Both the position numbers and the translations under genes were made by a program. A model generated the notes under the pieces. It saw only the letters and a program-made list of their open reading frames with translations, made no database searches and had not been told where the DNA came from. From positions 1,178,001-1,242,000 of the forward strand of contig NW_027191415.1 of assembly GCF_041146345.1 (NCBI RefSeq): 64,000 nucleotides of DNA, written 5' to 3'. How positions within the stretch are numbered: the first letter of the stretch is position 1; each line of letters begins with the position of its first letter. This document shows positions 52,851 to 64,000 of the stretch, piece by piece. Origin of the DNA: Neodothiora populina (Eukaryota).

Positions 52851-54357
52851 TTACAATCTCTTGATGATGGCGTCGGCGTACTCGTGGGTCTTGGCGGAAC
52901 CACCGAGATCTCCGGTGATGGTCTAAAGGTACACAAGTCAGTAGGTTGAAAAGGCGAAAAAAGGGAGACAAAACATACCTTGCCCTCGGCGAGAGTGGCA
53001 AAGATGGCCTTCTCGATACGGGTGGCGTGCTCGTTGAGACCCATGTGTTGCAACATCATGATGGACGACAACAGAAGAGCAGTGGGGTTGGCAAGGCCCT
53101 TTCCGGCAATGTCGGGGGCGGAACCGTGGACGGCCTCGAAGATGGAGCACTCGTCACCAATGTTTCCAGAGGGAGTAAGACCGAGACCACCGATGAGACC
53201 GGCGCACAAGTCGGAGAGAATGTCTCCGTAGAGGTTGGGCATGACGAGGACCTTGTCGTTGTAGGGAAGAGGGTCGGTGACCATCTTGAGGCAGGTATTG
53301 TCGAGGAGCTCGGCGTCGAACTCAATCTCGGGGAACTCCTTGGCGAGCTCGCGGGCCGTGTTCAGGAAGAGACCGTCGGACATCTTCATGATGGTGGCCT
53401 TGTGCACGACGCGGACCTTCTTCTTGCCGGTGGCGACAGCGTGCTGGAAGGCGAAACGCAGGACACGCTCAGAGGCCTCGCGGGTGATGAGCTTGATCGA
53501 CTGGACGACGCCGTCGACGACGACGTGCTCAATGCCAGAGTACTCGCCCTCGGTGTTCTCACGGATCAGCACGGTGTCGACGTTGTCGTAGGGGGTCTTG
53601 TAGCCGGCAATCGACTTGCAAGGACGCAAGTTGGCGAAGAGGTTGAAGGTACGACGGAGAGTCAGGTTGAGCGAGACGTGACCCTTGCCAATGGGAGTCT
53701 GTTGCTGTTAGATTCGAATGGTCGATGCAAGACAGAAGACAGAGCAGGCATACGGCGAGGGGGCCCTTGAGCGCAACATAGTTTTTCGTGACAGAGTCAA
53801 TGGCGGCGTCTGGGATGACGGTCCTGCCGTCCTTGAGAATGGGAGTCACGTCGACGGGTTCCCACTTGATGGGGGCCTGGTGGGGGTTTCAGAACTGCTG
53901 TTTTCTTTTGCGTGGAGACATGTCAAATCATACGTTTGCGGCGGAGAAGATGTCCTTGACGGACTGGGCAATCTCGGGACCGATACCGTCACCCTCAATC
54001 ATGGTGACAGTGTACTTGCCCTATTTGGCACAAGAAAGAGTCAGCGCGAAAGGCTATTTCCATTGTTTCGGTCGTTTCGTAGCTCTCCAAACAGGAAGTT
54101 GCTCGTCGTCTTTTTTCTCTCTGGTTGGGGAAGTCGCGGTCTCACATCGTTGCCCTTCTGGCCCTTGAACTTGGCGACGGGGTCGTTGACGGTGGCGAGT
54201 GTTCGTCGCTGAGCCTGTGACCAGTCAGTCTCTGCGACCTTATGTGTTGTTTTCAGATCAAGTTTACCAGGACGAAAGAAGGTCTGACGAATTGCTGCTG
54301 TCTAGCCTGGCGCAGACATTGTCTGGCCGGAGCTGCCATTGATCGAGAAGCGAGCAT
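52851..54357 (-). CDS. IDH2: Mitochondrial NAD-dependent isocitrate dehydrogenase, catalytic subunit
   Basis: Exons 54357-54268, 54214-54146, 54020-53934, 53876-53754, 53698-52979 and 52922-52851. Presequence present; motifs [39 protein letters not shown]. Confidence 0.95.
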
Positions 54358-54560
54358 TTTTGTGGTGTTTGGGCTTGTCGCAGGAGGAAGAGCGGAGAGA
54401 AAGAGGGGAAAAAGAAGAGGGGGAGAGGAGAGAGGAGAGTGTTGTTCGAAAACAGCGGTATGGATTTGATGCAAGAGTCGAGTTTCGACTTCGGAAGCAG
54501 AGCAACTTGGAAGGGTCAAGGTTGTTTTGCGCGGCTTCTGGCTGCTGCTGTTGCGGCTTG

Positions 54561-54632
54561 CACTTCCTGCACTTCCTGCACTTCCTGCTCTTCCTGCTCT
54601 TCCTGCTCTTCCTGCTCTTCCTGCCTTTCCTG
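54561..54632. repeat. 9-bp minisatellite (CACTTCCTG)3(CTCTTCCTG)4(CCTTTCCTG)
   Basis: Read directly; lies in the IDH2/SEC5 divergent intergenic region. Confidence 0.9.
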
Positions 54633-55286
54633 CTGCGCTACTGCTGCTTTGGCTGCGACTTCACCCGCAATTTTGCTTCTTGGCGTTGGACGAGAGCGGG
54701 CAATTTCGGCCGCATGTGACGGAACAATGGGACGTTATCAGATCCGCCGCAATCTCTGCCATCTTTGGCATCTTTCCTCGGTTGGTCAGTGATCACAGAG
54801 AAGATGACCGGGAGTTTGATGGGCTTTCCATACGAGATATCATGAAACAGGCAGTTCTCTGCTTCAATCGACTCGCTACCCCCTAGTCACGAGTTCCGCT
54901 CGTCTCCACCACTCCCCCACATCGGGCCGTTGCTGGTCGACGTCAACCGACGCGCCGACCAAAACAGTAGTGGAAGTTGGAAGTGCAGGTGGAGCTTTGC
55001 GTCTGATTGATTGATCCAGTGATTGATTGAGTGAGTGATCGATTGATTGACTGATTGATATCTCAAGGTGCCTAGCTTACCGACGCCGCTGCTGCCTACC
55101 TACTGGTTAGAGTGTAGCACGGAGTAAGTACTGTTGTGTATACCAAGGCTGCCTTGTCCCATATAAATCCAATCGGTCAGGCGCAAACATCGTGTACTGT
55201 AGCACGAGCCGCACCAAGGGGATAGTTGCGGACCGGCTACTAACAACACCTCTCCACCCACTTTCGCGAATGACCAGAAATTAAAC

Positions 55287-58200
55287 ATGGCGGCGGAGAT
55301 TGAGAGACAGTTACTCAATCATTACAAGCTCGACAGTCTTTATCCTGCCGAGTGGCCTCAGCGCGATGATGACAGCGACGCCGACGACAACGACGACGAC
55401 GATGACAATAACATCAATAACAACAATAGAAAGAACAAGTCGATAGCCCCAGACGATGCAGCCAGATCTAGATTTGCTGGACTCAACCACAGGGCCAGCG
55501 TGAGATCAACCATCACCGGCACGCAAAAGTCGGCCAGCGGTGCGGACAGTCTTGTGCAAAAGGATGAACCCGATCCTTTGGGTCTTGCTCCGAGTGTGGT
55601 GCAGAAGCTGCGTAGACGTGGACTGCCCGTAGAAGAAGACCTGAGACTGCGGAATCGTTTCCTGTTGTCTTCGACCACTTTCTCTCCCACCCTCTTTCTG
55701 TCCCAGGTCCACCAAGACGCCTCGACCGAGTCTCTGCTGCGCGGACTCGACACGCTCTCCCAGTCCATCGAGCAAAAGTCCGCTTCCCTCAAGGTCCTCG
55801 TCGAGTCCAACTTCGAGCGCTTCGTGCGCGCCAAGGCCACAATAGACAATGTCTACCAGGAAATGCGCAATCAGGGACAGGATCCCTCGGCCCCCTCCAG
55901 TCCCGCACTCGCTCACAGGCGACAAGCATCGAGAGTCACCAGCAGAAACAACACGCACTTCAGGAGCGTCAGTGGCACCGTCAACCATCTGAAACCCACA
56001 GAAGGCGACAAGCGGAAGAATGCCCTGACCAAAGAGAGCGAGTACGGCGTGCTCGGCATCAAAGCACCGCTGATCGAGTTGGCAGTCAAGGCAGAAGAAG
56101 TCTGGGGTCCCGCACTTGGTGGAAGAGACAAAGAGGAGGATCTCAAGGGCGTCTTGTCTTATGTAGAGCAGAACAGACCCATATTCTGCATAGCTGGCAA
56201 TCTACAGGAAGCAGTCAAAACTCGAGATTACGAGGCTTTGATCGAAGAGTACAACCGCGCCAAACGCTACGCTGACCAAGCCAGAAGCCTGGCCGAAAAC
56301 GCCTCGGACACGGGTGCTGAGCTTACGGATGCGCAGGTTCACCAGATCCTTGTCGCTGCGAAGATTTGGCATGACACGCGGAACCAAGTCAAGCTATTCA
56401 AGAGGGACGCCTGGAAGCAACTTGCAAATGCACAGACATTCCAGAGCACCCAGAGCGCCGAAGAGCAACGGGACTCACAGATGACTCTGATTGGCACTCT
56501 GCTCCAACTCGGTGTCGACGAAAACCCCATCTGGTACTATCTCAACAGTAGATACAACCAGCTCAAAGAGAGACTGAACAATGCTTTCGAGCGTATGAAG
56601 ATTGAAGTTGAAGTCGCTCGACGAAAGCTGGGCAGTGAGCCTGAACCGAGCATGCAGGTGGCCAAGGTCCATCTCCAGTCTCCCTCTCTGCACCTCATCC
56701 AAGACCGCTTGAAGACCATGGACACGCCCAGAGTCTTGGACTTCTGGGAAAAGGTACAGAGTGCACTCAACAGTCTTCTCGCTGTGCAAGGTGGCCTTTT
56801 CGGAGAGATTCTCGATTTCTGGGAGACTGCCCAATCCTTCATTTCAGGAAAGGCGCAGCGCGAACTTCCAAACGGCGTCTTCACTTCTGAATCTGCACAG
56901 CAGCATTTGGAGCTTGCGGACGACGAAATTGCACGTTTGCAGAATTCGGCTGCTGAACTCATCACTACCATGCGTGACAATGCCTTTTCCTTTTTTGCCG
57001 ATTCACCCATCGACGACATCTCGTCCCTGTTCTCGCCAGTCCCAGCGACTCCCGACACACCCACCATGGCATTATCACCGCCGAGCAAAGAGACTCGTAG
57101 ATTCAGCTTCGACGTGACGAACATTCCAGGCCCGTCACCGAAGAAGGGCGAGTCCTGGGAGAAGTATGCTTTCTGGCCTCCTTACGCCAACTCACTGAGC
57201 GGAGCACATTACCTAGCTCGATTTATTATTCTTGTTGGCACCGCAGCAAGTGAAGCGAGTGCTCTGAGCATCGTCAGTGAGAACCCACGTCTGATGGACA
57301 AGCTAAAGAGCATGGTCGTGGGAGTCCGAGAACGATGCGTGCAGGCTGTGTGCGCCGCCTGGGCTGCAGACTCGGACACATGTAAACTCCTCGAGGACTG
57401 GACGCGCAGTGCCGATCGCCGTGATCTTACTAATATGCCTTCACATTTCATGAGCTTTGAGGAGATCATACTGCAGAACTTGCAGCGGATGATGTTCATT
57501 TCTGAAGCCGTACAGCGCTCGGGATCTGTCAATGTCATTGCACCGCCGAGCAGCAAGCTATTGCAGGTGGTCCGACATCAATTTGTCAGTAGCATGTACA
57601 AGGCACTGAGTGGGACCGTCGAGAATGCAGAGAAACACAAGCCAGAAAGTAGTTCAGGAAATGATGATCCAGACGGTCTGACCAACCCAGCCGCGACGCT
57701 GTTGCAGGCTGGTTCAAATGTGGCAGCGGTGGACGCATCGAACAAGGTATGGCAAATTCTGCTTCTGTTATTGACTGTAACAAGCATGCTGACAACTCGA
57801 AACAGTCTATTCGTGTGCTGCTGTCCCTGTCCAACCTCTCCCATCTCCGCAAGATCACTATTCCTCACCTTCTTTCCACCTTCGAGACGTCCTTCTCCGT
57901 CTCCTTGAACGAAGAGCAGAAAACTCTCCGCGACGTGCTCGCACAAATTGACAATCGTCTTTTCCAATCTTACACGTCGCCAACTGACACCCGTCTTGCA
58001 AACCTCATCACGAGTGGAATAAACGACGATATGTCTGCTGCCATGGCAGCACCGACAACAAGACCAACTAACGCCCGGCCATATATTTATGAGGTCTTGT
58101 TGACACTCGTTTTGATTCATGCAGAAATCACAACCACAACACCACCCTTGGCGCCGCAAATCTTGTCTCACCACCTCGAGACGATTTCCTCGACCTTCCT

Positions 58201-58561
58201 TTCCTCTTTCAAATCATCCACTGGCGGCAGCAACCCTCACCAGAAATCATACAATCTTTACGCCCTAATGCAAGCGACCCTCGACGTCGAGTTGGTCGCT
58301 CAAACACTGAGCAATTATACTACAGAGCGTGCCTCGGATCTGCAATCCCAGATCTATCTCGCGCTGGATGAGAGAACAGATGCAGATGCGCGAAGAAGAC
58401 TGCAAGGAGAACTACCAGAAATGAGAGCCATCTTGAAGCGTTTGCGCGAAGGTACGAAGGGTGAATTCGGATGCTTCAAGAGAGAGAGGCGGTCGGCGAG
58501 GGGAGGGGACAGAGAAGGAAAGGGAGGGGACAGACCTGGATCCAGCGGCAAGACTGCTTGA
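55287..58561 (+). CDS. SEC5: Exocyst complex component Sec5
   Basis: Exons 55287-57746 and 57806-58561. Sec5-like segments FSPTLFLSQVHQ...L..SIEQKS.SLKVLVESNFERFVRAKATID and LMQATLDVELVAQTL. Confidence 0.9.
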
Positions 58562-60336
58562 TCCTTGTATCAAGTCTTGCCTGTAACAGTCGAATCAGCG
58601 TTTGGCTCCGTCTTAGTGCACATGACTAGAGGCAGAGAACAGTGGGTCTGGTTCGCAATGTATCCTCACACTTTGACTACATGTCAAACCAGATGAACCG
58701 CCCCAACTCCCGCGACTTGATCAGATCTTCTATAAATCAATAGATTGAGTGTGCTGCGCTCGAAGGATGACTGATCACTACTCCAGGATCTGGACAAGAT
58801 CTACTGCTTCTCAGGTACTGATCACCGATCCACAATAAACCCTCCTTCCCTATGATTTATCCTAAAGGTACAGTACCTGTCTCCATGTGGAATGGGCCAT
58901 CACTCGACAACATCCTTGTGCATCTGCTCCCGTTACCATGTCTATATCATCATCTACTGTATACAAAGCGAATACACAGGTACAACATAAGAATAATGTA
59001 TATCTTGTCGTGGCGCACCCACTCACCGATAAGCTTCCCCATCGTCATTGGCCATCACGCACATCACGTACACTACTCTTGTAATTTGTTCTCGCGTGAT
59101 TGGTGTTTCTTTCTGGTATTGATTGCACTGTATGCAAGTAGCATGGCTTTCTGTAGCGCCAACGTCGACTTCAAAGGATGCCATCTTTCGCGCATAGTGG
59201 AAGCTGCTCATTGTATCGCCATATTGTTGACTACGAGGTCCTCGTTCCTGGCTGAAGTAAGTAGGGAGGGCTAAGGGATCGAGCCAATGCCATCGCGCCA
59301 GTAAGCGACGCGCCCGCCAGCTAGCTAGCCAGCACCCCCAGATAAACCACCACTTGACGAGCAAACAAAGAATCAGAACTCGACCGCACAGGAATACACG
59401 AGTCCGAGGGAGCTCAATCACTGACCCAAACGCAGCGTCAACGAGGCTTGGAATAAAACCCAGCACCACTACTGTACCAAGAAACAAAGCCTGAAGTGTG
59501 GTACCAGGCTCTGTGTGACTTGACGAAAGAGCCTGAGACCCATTCGTGCGGTACCGGGGGGCGATCATCTCTATCAGCCCGCCCAATCGTTTCGCGGTGT
59601 TGCGAAAATCAGCTCCCCGATTGATTCACAGGAAGCAAGGAAAGCTAAGGTAGCTTAGGTCTGTGAGACTAGACACGCGAGTTGTGATTCGGATCCCGCC
59701 TGGGTGTGGCACCCTGCCTGCCCCGTTTTGGGATGCAGAGCTTATAGTACTATTACCAATACAAGTAACCTATCTGACTATGCTGGTGCGATATACTCTG
59801 ATGAGGCTCTGATTCTAGTCGGTAGAAGAGTGATGTGGCTACGTGGTTGCAGGACGAAGAGGTGATTGAAAACGAGGAGAGGACGCGGCGGCGATCGCCT
59901 GGATCCAAAAAAAATTGTCGAATCCACCAAGCTCGAGCAATCATGTCGAGAATAGCAATCGCTAACTCTTCACGTGGACATGCATGTGCATTGCGGCGCA
60001 CTACTCACCCCACTTGAGGATCGGATTACACCCCGGGTGAGGTATCTCTCAGACAACACGGGAAGCTGGCGAGACCTGAACTAACAAAAGGTGAGGGTGG
60101 TGATTATATATATTAAATAGGCTGATAGCTCTTCCTCCCCCCCCCCCATCCCCCACGAGTGCATATGCGGGCTTACCTCTTGATTCTTGCGTCTCTCTCT
60201 CTCTTTGTTGTTTCTTACTTTGATTACTACATCCGAGTGACTCTTCGACTGTCAATCGTGAGGTGATTCTGGAAAAGAGACTGAATTGACATCAGTATCT
60301 ACTCCAACCAGGCGCACAATCAACACAGAACACAAG

Positions 60337-61934
60337 ATGTCCGGACCTTACCCACCAGGACCATGGAGTCCAGAAAACAGCAACACAGGCGACAACGCGT
60401 GGCAATTGACCGCGGCCTCACTCGTCGCTCTGCAGTCCGTCCCCGGTCTCTGCGTCATGTACGCCGGCCTCGTCAAGCACAAGTGGGCTGTCAATTCCAT
60501 GTTCATGTGCTTCTACGCCTTCGCTGCCGTCCTCATCTGCTGGGTCATATGGGCCTTCAAAGTCGCTTTCGGCCAGTATATGCTGCCGTTCGCTGGCCGT
60601 CCCGGTCCCGTGCTCACGATGGACTATGAGCTCAGACAATCTCAACTCCCATCTGCTGGCGCGAGCCAGAACTTCCCCCTGGCTACCATGGTTTACTTCC
60701 AATATGTCTTCGCCGCCATCACGTTGGTGCTTGTCGCTGGCGGCTATCTGGGTCGCATGAGTTTCCGTGCCTGGGCCATCTTTGTGCCGCTCTGGCTCAC
60801 CTTCTCGTACTGTATCGGCGCGTACAGCATCTGGGGTGGCGGCTTCTTGTACAATTTAGGTGTGATCGACTTTTGCGGCGGATATGTCATTCATCTGAGT
60901 TCAGGGACTGCTGCGTTCACTGGCGCTTACTGGATTGGTCCCAGGCTGCAGAGGGATCGTGAGGATTTCAAACCGAATAATATCATTGCTGTCATGATTG
61001 GTACTGGGATCCTGTGGATTGGCTGGAATGGGTTTAACGGTGGTGGCCCTTATTCTGCAGGCGCTGACGCCTCTGCTGCGATTCTAAATACCAATATCAC
61101 TACGGCGACGAGTCTGTTGGTTTGGACGATGATGGACGTTGTAAGAATTCTCTCCCCACTTCCCTATTCTTCTGTTCAAGCAGCTCACCAACCCCCACAG
61201 ATCTTCTACAAGAAACCCTCCATCGTCGGCGCAACCAACGGCGTCATCACAGGCCTCGTGGCAGTGACTCCAGGCGCAGGCGTGATAACCGGCTGGGGCG
61301 CCATCATCTTCGGTCTGTTCTCAGGCACCGTCCCCTGGCTGACAATGAACATCGTGGCGAAACGCACCAAGCTGTTCAAAGTCTACGTCGACGACACGCT
61401 GGGCATCACGCACACTCACATGGTCAGCGGCGCCCTCGGCGGGTTTTTGACCGGTCTGTTCGCTGACGCCGAGGGCTGCGAGGCGTTTGGTATCACGAAC
61501 CACGGAGGCGCGAAAGACGGCAATGGACGTCAGGTGTGGGTGCAGATTGTCAGTGCGCTGTTTATCATCGCGTGGAATGTCGTTTGGACGTCACTCATCA
61601 TGCTCGTAAGTTATTTTGCTCACTCCTCGGGAGAAGAAATTGGTGAAAGAAATAAAGCGCTTGCAGCTGACACAAGCACGCTCAGTTCATCAAATACGTC
61701 TGCCGCGTGCCTCTGCGCATGACGGAAGAAGAACTCCTAGTAGGCGACGACGCAATCCACGGAGAAGTGGCGTACTCTACTTCTCTGGACGTCATGGGCC
61801 AGCACCCGAACACGATGATGCTGCAAGGACGTGAGCTGAACGAACTCGAGCGTGGGCATGATAGTGGGAGTAGTGGTGGGGTCAGTCCTGAGGTCAAGAA
61901 GAGTCCGCCGCAGCAGGAGACGAAGCTGGAGTAG
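60337..61934 (+). CDS. Ammonium transporter (Amt/Mep), plant-AMT2-like MEP-alpha type
   Basis: Exons 60337-61140, 61201-61605 and 61686-61934. Motifs DFCGGYVIHLSSG, LWIGWNGFNGG, DDTLGITHTH (twin His) and GDDAIHGE. Confidence 0.95.
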
Positions 61935-62496
61935 TAGAGACTGTTGGGTCACATCGAACAAGGGCCATGATCAGGGAGACGGCGGGGATACTTTTGTGGC
62001 GCCTTTGGGTAGGATGCTAAATGGCTGGAGTGTTGGTAGTGCAGCTCTTGGTATTGCAGATGCGCCATGTGGATTCGAAAGCTTAGTCTTTCACCGCCAC
62101 GAGCCTTTGTATCCGCTCGTGACCATGTGCTCATGAGAAAAATCAGTGTGAGTGACCAGTGTGACGACTCGGTAGAACATGTAATAGTGCCCGCAGCTTT
62201 GTCAAAAAGCAGCCGCAAGGGATAGCCCAGACGCCCCGTCCGGCGAATCTAAAGACAATGCGTGCATCTGTCAATAAAACCTTCCCTCTCGAGTGTTCTC
62301 CGTATCACTGCGATGGAAAATACTAACCGGGCATACCATCATTCCTTAAAGCAGACATGGAAGGAAGCATCAAGCAAACCAATCCATCCGCTTATTCCTA
62401 GCGACAGTGTCTACTGACAGAGTACATCCACAACCAACCCGTGCTAGAGATTTTGGAAGACATATACTTCTTCTAGTTGAAGTCGTTCAACGAAAA

Positions 62497-62601
62497 GGGC
62501 TTGTGGTTTAGTGGTATAACGTCTTCTTAGCATCTTCGGCTTTCGCAGCTGTAGCTCTGACTGAGTGGAGAAGGTCCCGCGTTCGATTCGCGGCTAGTCC
62601 A
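62497..62601 (+). tRNA. tRNA-Ala(AGC) with a 33-nt intron (62533-62565)
   Basis: Acceptor stem GGGCTTG/CTAGTCC with the G3:U70 Ala identity pair; anticodon stem TCTTC/GGAGA with loop TT-AGC-A; T arm CCGCG-TTCGATT-CGCGG; T-run terminator just downstream. Confidence 0.93.
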
Positions 62602-64000
62602 TACTATTTTCGGCCTTTCCACTCCAAGAATGTGGCATCACTCTTTTGCACTCTGATGTGTTGGTGCCTTTCGTTTCTTGTTCTCGATCGCGCTTGCTTT
62701 CTTTTGTCGCGCAGGTGTGGTACAAGGCTGCTTGACGGAGGTAAGGGAATGAGGTGAATGGAAGTTTATAGGATTTCCATTCTTCGCTGTGCGGTGAGTG
62801 AGAAGCGAGCTCCGGGGACTGGAGATGTAGCTAACGCATTTCAAGCACGTTGTTGCACTTATGGGATGATGAGTCTCCATGACACTCGGGCTGACCGATG
62901 ATCTGCCCTTGCTCTTGAGGGATATGCACGTGCATGAGCCCATTATCTAGGTGAAAACGCTCCTGGATGAGCCACTTGATGATCTTTCCGGGAGCAGCTC
63001 AAGACTGGATAGAACTGCCAGTGCCGAGAAGACCTCGCAATGAGTAGGTGTTAGTGCAATTGTATCATCGAGCTGGGTATTCTCCGAGGGCTGTAGGCGG
63101 TGAATAATCGGCCTTTAGCTACCCAATTATCAGACGTTTAAGCAGTCTGCCGCATGGAGTACAAGACAGGTCTCAACACTATGCGTAGGAACAGTCTACA
63201 ATCGTACATCGTTCAAATTCTGACTTGGAGCTCCTGGTTGGCGAGTTTCAGTGTATGAGGGCCCCAAGCGGTGATGATGCGATCTACTGCAACTGCAAGT
63301 TCAGGCTTGTTTCAGCCGACGACACGGATCGATCAGGTAGGCAAGACTGTTATGATCAATTGTCCTTGCTCTTACTTCTAGACATCATTATAAACTGGGG
63401 CACTTCGGAAATTCATGCGAGCAATGGTGAACTTGGCTCGTTGCTTTGCAAAGAGTCCTCGGGAGAAAGCCGATAGTAGCGATCAAGGATGGATGCCGAA
63501 GACGGGTTACTTTGTGTCTAGAGGGGTTGCATAGTCGTCGAGGGTATGACGATGCGGTCTCGCGACAAGGACACCCGGAAGAGCTCCAATCATCCGGGGC
63601 ATGCGTTTTTTTTGGAAATGGACAGGAGAGAAGATAATGCTGTATGCTATGATACTCTTGTTGACATGCCTTGTTTTGACTAGTCCATCGTAGTCCTTTT
63701 TCCTTCGAATGAAGGTGTTCCCAAAGTGGAATGAAGCAGCTGACTAGACATGTTGACAATGAAGTGAGATTGAGTGCGAGGACTTGTTTACGTGGACGGA
63801 TGTCCTGAGATTAGTGATGTAGTCAAAGGTCAATGTAACAGAGACCTTGAATGTTAAACTCTTCGACTCGGCCTTAACCGACTTGCTTGCTACACGCTGG
63901 CTAGCGAAGAGTGATGCGAGCAAGTTCGATCTCGCAAGTACATAACCACAGGCGGCAGTACCACAAGAAATAGACACGGAAAGTTGCTGGACCGACATAA

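Noticed and set aside
54339..54886. ORFs with CTS/CSS, LPA or FLL repeats
   Set aside because: Translations of the 9-bp promoter minisatellite.
60286..60336. TTG-initiated N-terminal extension of the ammonium transporter
   Set aside because: ATG 60337 has good context and homology begins just after it.

Overview
Eukaryotic (fungal) genomic DNA with short GT-AG introns and CTRAC branch points. The gene set and style suggest a filamentous ascomycete, probably a Dothideomycete (inference). Supported genes in order: the 3' end of a DHA1-type MFS transporter, a PIR-repeat/GPI cell-wall protein, a PhnP-like metallo-beta-lactamase hydrolase, a polyQ LIM-domain-binding regulator (PtaB/Mfg1/Ldb1), VMA2, cytosolic LeuRS (CDC60), AP-3 sigma (APS3), frataxin, an unknown gene with a frame break, STI1, a tandem dihydroneopterin aldolase, a signal-peptide-bearing FMN alpha-hydroxyacid oxidase, PRS1, IDH2, SEC5, a plant-AMT2-like (MEP-alpha) ammonium transporter and an intron-containing tRNA-Ala(AGC). 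The least explained structure is non-coding. (1) Five copies of a TIR-bounded, mostly TA-flanked MITE-like family whose interior is an 11/22-bp periodic array of AGTCAATGACT-type palindromes; one copy encloses a disabled coiled-coil ORF and two bracket the hydrolase gene. (2) A 530-bp foldback element with doubled inverted arms between the convergent VMA2 and CDC60 3' ends. (3) A strong intergenic excess of TACAGTA/TACTGTA heptamers resembling Tc1/mariner excision footprints. All calls were made by eye; no database searches were run.
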